A DNA stretch of 64,000 nt from Nitrososphaerota archaeon (GCA_040290255.1 PSMU01000001.1:192001-256000); one strand, 5' to 3'. Positions 46,258 to 56,454 are shown, counted from the first letter of the stretch. The notes: a model not told the origin generated them from the letters alone. Made by a program: numbers and translations.

Positions 46258-46743
46258 ATGGTCGATCTAGCCTTCATCGCGCTCGCCTCGCTCACGGTGG
46301 GGGCCGCGGTGCTCTCGCTCGAGGCGAGGCAGCTGGTCTACGGCGCGGTGAGCCTCGCGCTCTTCTTCCTCTTCGTGGGCGGCCTCTTCGCGCTCCTGGG
46401 CGCGCCCTTTCTGGCCATGTTTCAGATCTTCATAAACGTGGGGGCCGTGGCCGTGCTGATCATCTTCACGGTCATGCTGGTCAGCCCGCAGCGGTGGCAG
46501 GAGCGGCGGCCAAGGGAGGCCCGGCTGGGGCTCGTGGGGCTGCTCATCACGCTCTTCGGGCTCGTGCCCCTGCTCTATCCCCTTGTGCAGGGGGTGGGGC
46601 TCTTGAGCTCGCCGCCCACGCTCGGCGGGGAGCTGGGCTCGCTGCTGCTGGAGCGCTACGGCCTGGCGCTGGTGCTGCTGGCCTTTCTATTGGCCGCGGC
46701 CATAGCGGCCTCCGTCACGCTGGCGAAGGAGGAGAAGGGCTGA
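46258..46743 (+). CDS. nuoJ: Complex I subunit J
   Basis: APFLAMFQIFINVGAVAVLIIFTVML motif. Confidence 0.9.
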   Translation: MVDLAFIALASLTVGAAVLSLEARQLVYGAVSLALFFLFVGGLFALLGAPFLAMFQIFINVGAVAVLIIFTVMLVSPQRWQERRPREARLGLVGLLITLFGLVPLLYPLVQGVGLLSSPPTLGGELGSLLLERYGLALVLLAFLLAAAIAASVTLAKEEKG

Positions 46744-47051
46744 TGGCCGCCCTGGGCGATTACCTGCTGCTTTCGCTGCTGCTGCTGGCCGTGGGCATCT
46801 ATGGCCTGGTCTCGAAGAGGGATGCCATAAGGCTTCTCTTCGCGCTGGAGATCATCCTGAACGCCGCCCTGCTCAACGCCGTGCTCTTCACGCGCACGCC
46901 GGCGGCCCTGGCGCCCGCGGGCCAGGTGCTGGCGCTCTTCATCATCTCGATAGGGGCCTGTGAGGTGGCCGTGGGCCTGGCCATAATAATCCTGCTCTAC
47001 AGGCGCACGGGCGACGTGGACGTTTTGGAGCTGAGGAAGGTCAGGGATTAG
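46743..47051 (+). CDS. nuoK: Complex I subunit K
   Basis: From ATG 46743: LFALEIILNA and GQVLALFIISIGACEVAVGLAI motifs. Confidence 0.92.
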   Translation: MAALGDYLLLSLLLLAVGIYGLVSKRDAIRLLFALEIILNAALLNAVLFTRTPAALAPAGQVLALFIISIGACEVAVGLAIIILLYRRTGDVDVLELRKVRD

Positions 47052-47191
47052 CGCCCAACTCCTTAAATAAAGGGCCCTAGGGCCCCGTGCAGCCGTGAGG
47101 CTTGAGTCCAGGGCCCCCCTTCACGGGGGCAAGAGCTCCAGGCCTCTGGCCTTGGTCGGCGGCGCAGGGCCCTTGGCAGGGGGGTGATGGC

Positions 47192-48700
47192 TTGCCCATC
47201 CCCTACTCGCTCACCCAGGCGACGTTCCTCCCCCTCGCCGGGGCCGTGCTCGCCTATTTCCTGGGCGGGAGGCTCCTGAGGAGGATCGGCTGGCTGGCCT
47301 TCGCGCTGCTCTCCTACTCGAGCCTGCTGCTGGGCCTGAGCTACCTAGAGCCGGCAGGGGGGTTCCCCTTGCTCGAGCGCTTCGGCTGGACCTCGGTGCC
47401 TGGCCTGAGCTTCGGGCTCCTGGGCGATGGCCTCAGCCTGCCCGTGGCGTTAGTGATGAACGTGGCCGCCGCCGCGGTGGCCGTCTATTCGATGCCCTAC
47501 ATGGCCAGGAGGATGGCGGCGCTTTACGGCGAGGAGAGGGGCTCGTTCTGGGGGCTCTACTACGCCAACTACCTGCTCTTCGCCGCGGGGCTCACGGGCG
47601 TGGCGCTGGCCACGAACCTGATCGAGCTGTACATCTTCGTCGAGCTCATCCTCATCCCCGCATACCTGCTCCTGGGCCTCTTCGGCCAGGTTGACCGGCA
47701 GCGCATTGCGCTCATGTACTTCATCTGGAACCAGCTGGGCGCCTTCATCTTCCTTGCCGGCATCCTCGTGGCCTGGTTTGGAACGAGGAGCTTTGACATC
47801 GCCGCCCTTGGCGCGCTAGGGGGCCCCTTGGCGCTCCTGGTCACGGGGCTCATGCTACTGGGCTGGCTGATCAAGATGGCCACCTTCGGCTTCCACGTAT
47901 GGCTCCCCTTCGCGTATGGCGAATTCCCCAGCTCCGTCGCGGCCATCAGCGCCATCACGGGACTGGGAAGCTACGTGCTCACCAGGCTGCTGGTCCTTAA
48001 CCTCTACTCCTCATTCCAACAGCTGGCCCATCTTATCATCCTGCTGGCCGTCGTGACGCTGCTGTACGGCGGCGCGCTGGCCCTCGCGCAGGAGGACATC
48101 AACCGGCTTTATGCATGGTCCACGGTCAGCCAGACGGCCTACCTGCTGCTGGGCCTGGCCAGCCTGAGCGCGCTGGGCATCGCGGGCAGCATCTTCCTCT
48201 TCCTGGCCCAGGTGCTGGGCAAGGCGGTGCTCTTCTGCGTGGCGGGCATCCTGGTGACGCAAACGGGCCTGAGGCAGATGGGCAGGATGGGCGGCTATGC
48301 CGCGAGGATGCCCCTCACCGCGCTCCTGGCGCTGGGCGCTTCACTCATCATCTCCGCCGTGCCGCCGACGCTGGGCTTTCAGGGCGAATGGTTGCTCTTT
48401 ACGGGGCTTCTGGGCTCGGCCCTGTACGGGCCCCCCTTCTCGCTGGCGCTGGGCTTCGCCGCCCTGCTGGGCACGATGCTCACCGTGGCCTACACGCTCT
48501 GGGCCGTTAAGCGCATCTTCTTCGGCCCGCTGAGCGGGGAGGCCGGGGAGCTGAGCGAGGCGCCCAAGAGCATGACGCTGCCCCTGCTCGCGCTCCTGGC
48601 CCTCGCGCTGCTACTGGGCATCTACCCCGAGCCCCTGCTGGGCCCGCTCTACAGGTACCTGGCTTCAGCGCTGCCCTCGGGCCTGCCGCTGGGAGGATGA
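47192..48700 (+). CDS. nuoM: Complex I antiporter-like subunit M, extra divergent copy
   Basis: DGLS, YIFVELILIPAY, IKMATFGFHVWLP and GFQGE motifs. Start TTG 47192 follows GGGGTGAT. Confidence 0.85.
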   Translation: MPIPYSLTQATFLPLAGAVLAYFLGGRLLRRIGWLAFALLSYSSLLLGLSYLEPAGGFPLLERFGWTSVPGLSFGLLGDGLSLPVALVMNVAAAAVAVYSMPYMARRMAALYGEERGSFWGLYYANYLLFAAGLTGVALATNLIELYIFVELILIPAYLLLGLFGQVDRQRIALMYFIWNQLGAFIFLAGILVAWFGTRSFDIAALGALGGPLALLVTGLMLLGWLIKMATFGFHVWLPFAYGEFPSSVAAISAITGLGSYVLTRLLVLNLYSSFQQLAHLIILLAVVTLLYGGALALAQEDINRLYAWSTVSQTAYLLLGLASLSALGIAGSIFLFLAQVLGKAVLFCVAGILVTQTGLRQMGRMGGYAARMPLTALLALGASLIISAVPPTLGFQGEWLLFTGLLGSALYGPPFSLALGFAALLGTMLTVAYTLWAVKRIFFGPLSGEAGELSEAPKSMTLPLLALLALALLLGIYPEPLLGPLYRYLASALPSGLPLGG

Positions 48701-48701
48701 T

Positions 48702-50840
48702 ATGTCGGTCCCCTCCTACGCCCTTTGGGCCATCTTCCTGGTGCCCTACGCCGGCGCCCTGCTCTCCTTGGCGCTCTGGAGGCTTCCGCGGCTCAGGGAC
48801 GGCGTGGCGCTCTCGGCCTCGCTCGGCAGCGCGCTGTTTTCGCTCTGGCCCCTGGCCTCCCTCCTCTCGGGCGGCCTGACCGTTTACGACTCCGTCATCC
48901 CCGCCCGCATCCCCTGGATCCCCTCCCTTGGCATCACGGCCGGCGTGCTGAGCGACCCGCTCACCATCATTCTGGCCAGCTTGGTGGCCTGGATCAGCTT
49001 TGCCGTCATGGTCTACAGTCTGGGCTACATGAGGGGCGACCCGGGCCTCACGCGCTACTGGTTCTTCATGAACTTCTTCATAGGCAACATGGAGCTGCTG
49101 GTGCTCTCGGATAACTTCCTTCAGCTCTTCTTCGGGTGGGAGGGCGTGGGGCTCTGCAGCTATGCGCTCATAGGCCACTGGTACAGCGATGAGGAGGATA
49201 AGTGGGTGGGCACCAGGGGGCACGTCGTATGGGGCGAGGAGCAGGCCTACCCTCCCTCGCATGCCGGGCTGAAGGCCTTCCTCATGACGCGCTTCGGCGA
49301 CGTCTTCTTCCTGGCCGGCCTCTTCCTGCTCTACAACTTCGCGCACACCTTCAACTATGACGAGCTGGCGAGGTCGGCGCTGGGGGCCGGAGGCTGGGCC
49401 GAGGCCCTGCGGGCCAGGGGCCTGCTCGTGCCCGTAGCCCTGCTCATCTTCGGCGGCGCCGTGGGCAAGTCCGCGCAGTTCCCGCTGCATGAGTGGCTGC
49501 CCGATGCCATGGCCGGGCCGACTACGGTTTCGGCGTTGATACATGCGGCGACGATGGTCAACGCGGGCGTGGTGCTCGTGGCCAGGGCAGCACCGCTCTT
49601 TTATGCGCCCTTCTCGGCCTCCCCCGAGGCCGTGCAGGGCTTCTTTCAGGCCGTGGCCTGGATAGGCGGCTTCACGGCCTTCTTGGCGGCCACGCAGGCC
49701 TGCGTGGGCTTTGAGCTGAAGAAGATCCTGGCCTACTCCACCTTCTCCCAGATAGGGTACATGATTCTGGCCCTGGGCGTGGCGGGGCTCTCCTCGTTGC
49801 CCGTGGGTCTCTCCGCCGGCACCTACCACTTGATGAGCCACGCCATCTTCAAGGCAACGCTCTTCTTGGCCGCGGGGGCGCTGATACATGCCTGCGAGTC
49901 AAAGTATGTGAGCGATATGGGAGGCCTGGCCGGGAGGATGAGGGTTACGCTGGCCGCCTTCCTCATCTCCGCCGCCTCCCTCGCGGGCCTCCCTCCCTTT
50001 AGCGGCTTCTGGAGCAAGGAGTCGGTGCTGCTCGCCTGCTGGCAGGCGGGCCAGTACGGCCTCTTCGCGCTGGCCGCGGCCTCTTCCGCGCTTACGGCAT
50101 TTTACTCCTTCAGGCTGCTGGGCCTCATCTTCTATGGCGGCGAAAGCGAGAGGCTCAGGCAGCTCTTGGGCAGGGGGCATGAAGTTAAGGAGGCGCCGCC
50201 CGTGCTGCTTCTGCCCTACGTAGCCCTTTCGCTGTTTACGGTGCTGCTGGGCCTCTTGGCGCCGCTCGTGGGCCTGGAGGCGCGGCTGGAGGAGGCCTCC
50301 ACGGCATACCTGGCCTCTCTGTTTCCAGGGCTGGCCACGGGCGGCCTGGGCGGCTTCGCGTTGGCCCCCTCCATGATCGGCCTGGGCCTCTCCTCGCTGG
50401 GCGCCGTCGTGGGCTGGGCGGCCTACATTTCGCCGCGGGCCGGCATTAGGGCCTTGGGGGCCACGGGCCTGGCAAGGGCCCTCTACTCCTTCTTCGAGGC
50501 GCGCTGGTACATCAACGCCTTCTACTATAAGGCCTTCATGAGGGCGCCGCTTCGGCTCTTTAATCTCGCCCAGGAGCGGCTCGAGCTCCCGCTGCTGGCC
50601 AAGCTGAGCGATGTGGGCGCGCTGGCGGGGGTGGGCCTCTCCTCCTTGGCCAACTGGTTCGACGCCAACGTGGTGGACAGGATGGGCGCCGCGCTCGCGG
50701 CCGTGAGCAGCTCGCTCTCTAGGGTAGCCAGGCGGCTGCAGAGCGGCGTGGTCGAGCAGTACCTCTTCGTCGTCGCCGTGGGCGCGGTGCTCGTGGTGCT
50801 GCTGCTCCTCTTCCTGCTGGGGAGGGTGGCGCCGGCATGA
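48702..50840 (+). CDS. nuoL: Complex I subunit L
   Basis: FFGWEGVGLCSYALIG, GKSAQFPLHEWLPDAMAGPT.VSALIHAATMV, KKILAYST, HAIFKA and GFWSKE motifs, with a long C-terminal amphipathic helix. Confidence 0.95.
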   Translation: MSVPSYALWAIFLVPYAGALLSLALWRLPRLRDGVALSASLGSALFSLWPLASLLSGGLTVYDSVIPARIPWIPSLGITAGVLSDPLTIILASLVAWISFAVMVYSLGYMRGDPGLTRYWFFMNFFIGNMELLVLSDNFLQLFFGWEGVGLCSYALIGHWYSDEEDKWVGTRGHVVWGEEQAYPPSHAGLKAFLMTRFGDVFFLAGLFLLYNFAHTFNYDELARSALGAGGWAEALRARGLLVPVALLIFGGAVGKSAQFPLHEWLPDAMAGPTTVSALIHAATMVNAGVVLVARAAPLFYAPFSASPEAVQGFFQAVAWIGGFTAFLAATQACVGFELKKILAYSTFSQIGYMILALGVAGLSSLPVGLSAGTYHLMSHAIFKATLFLAAGALIHACESKYVSDMGGLAGRMRVTLAAFLISAASLAGLPPFSGFWSKESVLLACWQAGQYGLFALAAASSALTAFYSFRLLGLIFYGGESERLRQLLGRGHEVKEAPPVLLLPYVALSLFTVLLGLLAPLVGLEARLEEASTAYLASLFPGLATGGLGGFALAPSMIGLGLSSLGAVVGWAAYISPRAGIRALGATGLARALYSFFEARWYINAFYYKAFMRAPLRLFNLAQERLELPLLAKLSDVGALAGVGLSSLANWFDANVVDRMGAALAAVSSSLSRVARRLQSGVVEQYLFVVAVGAVLVVLLLLFLLGRVAPA

Positions 50841-52309
50841 TGCCGATCCTCTCCGCGCTGATCCTGCTGCCGCTGCTGGGGGCCCCGATAGGCTATGCGC
50901 TCTTCAGGCTTAACAGGCGCGCCGGCCTTGCCTTCTGCCTCTCGGTCACGGCCGCCACGCTGGCGCTCTCGCTGGCAGCCTATGCCCTGGTGGCCCTGCG
51001 CCCCTCCCCTCCCGGAGCCTATGCGCTGGTGGAGCGCTACAGCTGGGTCTCCCTGCCCGACTTCTCATTCGATCTGCTGCTCGGTCTGGATGGGCTGGGC
51101 GCGGTCCTGCTGGTGCTCTCCTCCCTCCTTACGCTTCTGGCGATGGCCGGCTCCCCCGCGCTCATCAGAGAAAGGGAGGGCGAGTACTACTCGCTGATGC
51201 TGCTCTTCGAGGGGGCGATAAACGGCGTGTTCAGTTCCCTGAACCTGATCTTCTTCTATATCTTCTGGGACCTGGTGCTGATCCCCATGTTCCTCTTCAT
51301 AGGCATCTGGGGCGGGCCGCGGCGCAAGTATGCGGCCCTCAAGTTCCTGCTGTACACCTTCACGGGAAGCGTGGTCATGCTCACCGGCTTCCTGATCGCC
51401 TACTTTGGCTCGCCCGTGCGCTCCTTCAACCTGCCCGAGCTCATGGGCCACGTGCCGGCTACGCTGCAGCTGTATTCGTTGCTCGCGGCCTTCATAGGCT
51501 TCGGGATAAAGCTGCCCGTCTTCCCCTTCCACAGCTGGCTGCCCGATGCGCACGTGGAGGCGCCCGCGCCCATCAGCGTGCTCTTGGCTGGGGTGCTGCT
51601 CAAGATGGGCGGCTACGGCTTCATAAGGATAGGCCTTCAGCTCTTTCCCGAGGCCTCAAGGCAGCTCGCCTGGCTCTTCATGGCCGTTGGGCTGGCCACG
51701 ATGTTCTACGGGGCCATCGTGGCGCTCCTCTCATCGGACCTCAAGAGGATGATCGCGCTCACGAGCATCAACCACATGGGCTTCGTGCTCCTGGGCGCCT
51801 ATGCCGCCATAGCCTCCGGCGCCGCCCTGGGCCTGCAGGGGGCCATCTTTCAGATGTTCAACCACGGCCTGGCCATAGGCTCCCTCTTCTTGCTCTCGGG
51901 CTATATACATGAGCAGGCGGGGACTAGGGAGATCAGCCGGCTGGGCGGGCTAAGGTATGCCATGCCGCGCACCGCGGCGCTCCTGATGCTCAGCAGCCTG
52001 GCGGGCATGGGCTTCCCCCTCTTCTCGAGCTTCCTAAGCGAATTCATGGTCATCGCGGGTGCCGTGGCGGGCTACAGGGCCTACTCGGTGGCCGTGCTGG
52101 TGCCCGTCATCACGGGGGCCTACTTTATGTGGATGCTGAGGCGCACGGTGCTCAGCGAAAGGAACGAAGCGCTGCCGGCGCACGACCTGCCGACGCGTGA
52201 GGCGCTGCTGCTCCTGGCCTTCCTGCTGCCCCTCACGCTGCTCCTCTTCATGCCCTCGCTCATCCTCTCGCCGCTGCAGCCCTTGGTGGAGAGCGTTATG
52301 GGGCCATGA
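50837..52309 (+). CDS. nuoM: Complex I subunit M (canonical copy)
   Basis: IKLPVFPFHSWLPDAHVEAP, LAGVLLKMGGYG, HMG and QMFNHG motifs. Confidence 0.95.
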   Translation: MMPILSALILLPLLGAPIGYALFRLNRRAGLAFCLSVTAATLALSLAAYALVALRPSPPGAYALVERYSWVSLPDFSFDLLLGLDGLGAVLLVLSSLLTLLAMAGSPALIREREGEYYSLMLLFEGAINGVFSSLNLIFFYIFWDLVLIPMFLFIGIWGGPRRKYAALKFLLYTFTGSVVMLTGFLIAYFGSPVRSFNLPELMGHVPATLQLYSLLAAFIGFGIKLPVFPFHSWLPDAHVEAPAPISVLLAGVLLKMGGYGFIRIGLQLFPEASRQLAWLFMAVGLATMFYGAIVALLSSDLKRMIALTSINHMGFVLLGAYAAIASGAALGLQGAIFQMFNHGLAIGSLFLLSGYIHEQAGTREISRLGGLRYAMPRTAALLMLSSLAGMGFPLFSSFLSEFMVIAGAVAGYRAYSVAVLVPVITGAYFMWMLRRTVLSERNEALPAHDLPTREALLLLAFLLPLTLLLFMPSLILSPLQPLVESVMGP

Positions 52310-53757
52310 ACCCGCTCTACATCATCGCGGTCCTGCTGGTGGCCTCGCTCGCTACCGTGCTGCTGCAACTGCTGGGCGCCGGGCGGCGGGGGGCGGCGGT
52401 GCCGCTGTTGGGCCTTACGTTCGCGGTGGGCGCAACGCTACAGGGCCTCTTGGGCGGGGGGAGCGGCGTGGGCCCCCTGGCCGCGGACGGGCTGGGCTTC
52501 TTCTTCGCGCTGGTGGGCAGCTTCGTGGGCCTCTCAGCGCTAGTCGCCAGCCTGGAATACCTGAGGGGGGATGAGAATGAGCTGCTCTTCTACAGCCTCC
52601 TGCTCGCCTCGGTGGGGGGCCTTGTCGCGCTCTCCTTCGCCAGGGACCTGCTGACGCTCTTCGTCTCATGGGAGCTGATGGGCATCCCCACCTTCGCGAT
52701 GGCCGCCTTCAACAAGAAGAGCGAGGCCTCGCTGGAGGCGGGCCTGAAGTACTTCTTCGTGGGCGCCCTCTCGACCGGGCTGCTCGCCTATGGGATCTCG
52801 CTGGCCTATCTGCTCACGGGCTCACTGGACCTCGCCGGGGTGGCCGCGGGCTTCTCATCGCTCAGCGCCCAGCAGCTCCCCCTGGCGGCCGCGGCCGCGG
52901 GCCTCCTGGCGGCGGGCTTCGGGTTCAAGATGGCCTTCGTCCCCTTTCATATCTGGATCCCCGATGCCTATCAGGGCGCGCCCACGACGCTCTCGGCCTA
53001 CCTTTCCGCGGCCACCAAGAAGGCCGGCTTCGTCGCCGCCATAAGGGTGCTGCTCATCTCCCTCGCCCTTCAGCCCCTGCTGAGGCTCGGCTGGGCCGAG
53101 CTCTTCGCCGCCCTCTCGCTGCTCACGATGACCTTCGCCAACCTGGCCGCCCTGACCCAGAGGAGCCTCACGAGGCTGCTCGCTTACTCCAGCATCGCCC
53201 AGGCGGGATATATACTGCTGGGCCTGGCCGTGACGGGGCCCGCCTCGGCCTTCGCGCTCAGCTCCGCTCTCTTTCACGTGCTGAACCACGCGATCCTCTC
53301 GGGCCTCTCCTTCATAGCCGCCGCCTCGTACCTGAAGGGCCTGGGCACGGACGACCTGGATGCCCTGGCGGGCAGCGGGGCAAGGACTCCCTGGACCTCG
53401 GTGAGCCTGGCCATCGCGCTGCTGGGCCTCGCGGGCCTGCCGCCCATTAACGGCTTCTGGAGCAAGCTCTTCATCTTCTCGGCCTCGGTGCAGGCGGGCG
53501 GCGTCTACTGGTGGGGCCCCTACCTGGCCCTGGCCGGCTTCCTGAACAGCGCGCTGAGCCTGGGCTACTACGGCTGGGTGATTCGCAGGCTCTTCTTCGA
53601 TGAGCCCGCCGGAGAGGGAGGAAACGAGCCCAGGCTGCTGGCCCTGCTCTGTGCCGCCCTGGCCGCGCTGGCGCTGCTGATAGGCCTCCTGCCGGGGCCC
53701 TTCGCGCGCCTGCTCTACGATGTAGCTTCCTCCTTCTTGGCCAGCGGCGGGACCTAG
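52306..53757 (+). CDS. nuoN: Complex I subunit N
   Basis: EAGLKYF, FKMAFVPFHIWIPDAYQGAP, RLLAYSSIAQAGY and GLPP..GF..K motifs. Confidence 0.95.
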   Translation: MNPLYIIAVLLVASLATVLLQLLGAGRRGAAVPLLGLTFAVGATLQGLLGGGSGVGPLAADGLGFFFALVGSFVGLSALVASLEYLRGDENELLFYSLLLASVGGLVALSFARDLLTLFVSWELMGIPTFAMAAFNKKSEASLEAGLKYFFVGALSTGLLAYGISLAYLLTGSLDLAGVAAGFSSLSAQQLPLAAAAAGLLAAGFGFKMAFVPFHIWIPDAYQGAPTTLSAYLSAATKKAGFVAAIRVLLISLALQPLLRLGWAELFAALSLLTMTFANLAALTQRSLTRLLAYSSIAQAGYILLGLAVTGPASAFALSSALFHVLNHAILSGLSFIAAASYLKGLGTDDLDALAGSGARTPWTSVSLAIALLGLAGLPPINGFWSKLFIFSASVQAGGVYWWGPYLALAGFLNSALSLGYYGWVIRRLFFDEPAGEGGNEPRLLALLCAALAALALLIGLLPGPFARLLYDVASSFLASGGT

Positions 53758-54026
53758 AGCGGCAGGAGGAGCAGCGCCACCAGGGCCACCGAGAGGGCTG
53801 AGAGCAGCGAGAGGCCTATGAGCGCCCTCCAGAAGGCCGAGGGGCTGGGCACGCCGCCCTTAAGCAGGGCCCCGGGCAGGAAGATCAGGCCGAGCAGCAT
53901 TATGTATAGCGAGAGCGCCTCCAGCCCCGCATATCTGTACATGCCTGGGTAGAAGAACATGAGCAAGAGGCCCGAAAAGCCCAGGAGGATCATGCCGACC
54001 GAGGCGTAAAGCAGCCCCTTGTCCAC
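53754..54026 (-). CDS. Small 3-TM hypothetical membrane protein
   Basis: Hydrophobic frame starting at GTG 54026 (VDKGLLYASVGMILLG...), with host-like codon usage. Confidence 0.6.
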   Translation of the reverse strand: MDKGLLYASVGMILLGFSGLLLMFFYPGMYRYAGLEALSLYIMLLGLIFLPGALLKGGVPSPSAFWRALIGLSLLSALSVALVALLLLPL

Positions 54027-54095
54027 GCCGCGCGCTCCTCCCCTCCTTGCTATAAGTCTATAAGAGAGCCGGCCCCGCGCAGGGCGAGGCCTGGG

Positions 54096-54977
54096 ATGCT
54101 GGAGGGGAGCCAAGGGGGCGCGGCCAGGGCCTATGCCTCCCTCGCAAAGCCGGGCATCATCTCGCTCCTGGTCTTCACCGCCCTCGCGAGCAGCTTCGTG
54201 GCCTCCTGGCCCCACCTGAGCCCCCTCCCGCTCCTGGCCCTCGCCCTCGCGGGGGCCCTGAGCTCCGGGGGCTGCATGGCCATCAATGACTATGTGGACC
54301 GGGAAAGGGATAGGCGGGTGCCCTGGCTGCAGAAGAGGCGGCCGCTCCCGGCGGGCCTCCTGAAGCCCGACCGGGCGCTCTACTTTGGCCTCGCGCTGCT
54401 GGGCATGGGCCTAATCACGGCCTTCGCCCTCCTCCCGCTGCCCTCCGCGCTCTTCGTGCTGGCGGGGGCCGTGATCTACCTGCCGCTGTACACGCTTTAC
54501 CTGAAGCCCAGGCACTGGTCGAACATAGTGATAGGAGGCGCGGCGGGCAGCATGGCCTCGCTGGCCGGCTGGGCGCTCTCCTCGCCGCTGGATCTGCGCG
54601 CGCTTTCGCTCGCGCTGCTCGTCTTCCTCTGGACGCCCGGCCACTTCTGGAGCCTCTCGCTGGCCTTCAGGGGGGACTATGCGCGGGCCGGGATACCCAT
54701 GCTAACGGACCTGCTTACGGAGAGGGGCGCGGCGCTGGTGGTCTTCGCCAACGTGGCGCTGACGGTGGCCGCCTCGCTCGCGCTCTTCTTCTGGTGGACC
54801 ACGGCCGTATATCTGGTCCCGGCCGCCCTCTTCGGGGCCCTCGTGCTGCTCAGGGCCCGGGCGCTGCTCTCCGAGAACAGCAGGGCCGCGCGCCTCAGGG
54901 CCTTCAGGTATGCTACGCTTCATCTTTACGTGCTCTGGTTCCTGCTCATCTTGGATAAGGTCGCGAACTTTATCTAG
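54096..54977 (+). CDS. ctaB: Protoheme IX farnesyltransferase (heme O synthase)
   Basis: KPGII, N...DR.RD....RRPLP.G, YTLYLK, NIVIGG.AG, WTPGHFW and DYARAGIPML motifs. Confidence 0.93.
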   Translation: MLEGSQGGAARAYASLAKPGIISLLVFTALASSFVASWPHLSPLPLLALALAGALSSGGCMAINDYVDRERDRRVPWLQKRRPLPAGLLKPDRALYFGLALLGMGLITAFALLPLPSALFVLAGAVIYLPLYTLYLKPRHWSNIVIGGAAGSMASLAGWALSSPLDLRALSLALLVFLWTPGHFWSLSLAFRGDYARAGIPMLTDLLTERGAALVVFANVALTVAASLALFFWWTTAVYLVPAALFGALVLLRARALLSENSRAARLRAFRYATLHLYVLWFLLILDKVANFI

Positions 54978-54998
54978 AGGAGGCGATGAGGCCGTGGC

Positions 54999-55478
54999 AT
55001 GGCCCTCCAAGAGGGAGACCTGGCCCCCGACTTCGAGCTGCCCGATGAGCGGGGGAGGCCCATAAGGCTCTCCTCCTTCAGGGGGAGGAAGGTCGTGCTC
55101 TACTTCTATCCCAAGGATGACACGCCGGGGTGCACGAAGGAGGCCTGCGCCTTCAGGGACCGCCTGCCGCTCCTTGAGGCGAGGGGGGCCCTCGTGCTGG
55201 GCGTGAGCACGGATGATGAGGCATCCCATGCCCGCTTCAAGGACAAGTACTCGCTGCCCTTTCCGCTGCTCGCCGACAAGGAGGCCAAGGTCTCGAGGCT
55301 CTATGGCGTTTACAAGCTCAGGAGCTTCGGGGGCAGGAGCTTCTGGGGCATAGAGCGCACGACCTTCATCATAGATGAGAACGGAAGGATAGCGAAGGTC
55401 TTCCCAAGGGTGAACGTGGACGGGCACGTGGAGGAGGTGCTGGCCGCGCTAGGGGCCACAAATGAGCAGCCCTTATGA
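54999..55478 (+). CDS. bcp: Bacterioferritin comigratory protein (peroxiredoxin Q)
   Basis: [16 protein letters not shown] and RTTFIID motifs. Confidence 0.95.
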   Translation: MALQEGDLAPDFELPDERGRPIRLSSFRGRKVVLYFYPKDDTPGCTKEACAFRDRLPLLEARGALVLGVSTDDEASHARFKDKYSLPFPLLADKEAKVSRLYGVYKLRSFGGRSFWGIERTTFIIDENGRIAKVFPRVNVDGHVEEVLAALGATNEQPL

Positions 55479-55647
55479 AGAGTATCTGGAGCGGAGGATA
55501 AAGGAAAGGGAGGCCCTGCTGGACGGCCCCGAGAGCTCGGTGGGAAGGGCCAGAAGGCAGGAGCTGGAGAAGGAGCTGGCCTTCCTCAAGGCAGAGCTGG
55601 AGCGTTATAGGAAGGGCCTGAAGGCGCTGAGGAGGGAGGAGGGATAG
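55462..55647 (+). CDS. Small charged coiled-coil hypothetical protein
   Basis: Operon-like packing between bcp and the next gene; E/R/K heptad-rich sequence. Confidence 0.55.
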   Translation: MSSPYEEYLERRIKEREALLDGPESSVGRARRQELEKELAFLKAELERYRKGLKALRREEG

Positions 55648-55650
55648 CCC

Positions 55651-56454
55651 GTGGCGCGGGCCGCGCCGTATACGCCCAGGACCTACTTCGTTTACCCGCC
55701 AGGGCCGCGGGGCCCGCTGCACTGCACCATCCTGCCCAAGCTCTCTGAGCGGCAGCTCTCGGCGCTGCTGGTCTTATTGGAGAGCAGGGGGCTCAGGTGT
55801 GAGCGCCTGGGTCCCGATGTGGCGCGCGTGAGAAAGGAGGGGCTTTGGTTTAGGCTGGAGCGCTCGGGCATCATGACGGGGTCCGTGGACCCCCTGGAGG
55901 CCCTACCCGAGCTCTTCGCGCTGCTGGGGCGCCTGGCCAAGAGGTGGCGGCCCAGGCCCGAAGCGAAGGGCCCCTTTAGCTCTTGGCGCAACGCCTACCT
56001 AAGGCTTCTTCTCTCGGGCCCCAGGGGCAGGATCGTGCTGAGCCCAAGGCTAGAGGCCCCAGGGGCAGGCTGGAGCAAGAATAGGGAGCGCCACGCCTGC
56101 CTGCTGCTGCCCGATGAGCTGCTGGTGCTGGCCTTCGCCATCAGGGCGGCGAAGCCCAGGGGCGTTGAGCTGCTCAGCCACAGGCCCTTCGCCCGGGCCA
56201 GGCCCCTATCGCTCGCTGGCCGGCTCTACTTCCTCATTAGGTTGAGCGCGGGCCAGGCGCGCCGCTGGCTTGAGCGGCAGGCGCTACACTACCCTGAGGA
56301 GGCAAGGCCCCAGCTGCTCCTGGGCCCCGACCTCTCGCTCCTGCTCTTCTCGCCCAGGCCGTTTGCGCTGACGGGGCGGGGGCTGAGGGGGCTCTGGTAC
56401 CTTCTGGGCCGCTGGTGCCTGGATCCGCAGGCGCTTGCGGGCGAGCTCTCGTAG
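55651..56454 (+). CDS. Hypothetical protein (basic, no recognised family)
   Basis: 267-aa ORF with a GGAGGG RBS upstream; it fills the space up to tRNA-Glu. Confidence 0.6.
   Translation: MARAAPYTPRTYFVYPPGPRGPLHCTILPKLSERQLSALLVLLESRGLRCERLGPDVARVRKEGLWFRLERSGIMTGSVDPLEALPELFALLGRLAKRWRPRPEAKGPFSSWRNAYLRLLLSGPRGRIVLSPRLEAPGAGWSKNRERHACLLLPDELLVLAFAIRAAKPRGVELLSHRPFARARPLSLAGRLYFLIRLSAGQARRWLERQALHYPEEARPQLLLGPDLSLLLFSPRPFALTGRGLRGLWYLLGRWCLDPQALAGELS

Noticed and set aside
48507-49889. 460-aa minus-strand ORF
   Set aside because: Shadow of nuoL with typical antisense composition (H/Q/E/G/R-rich).
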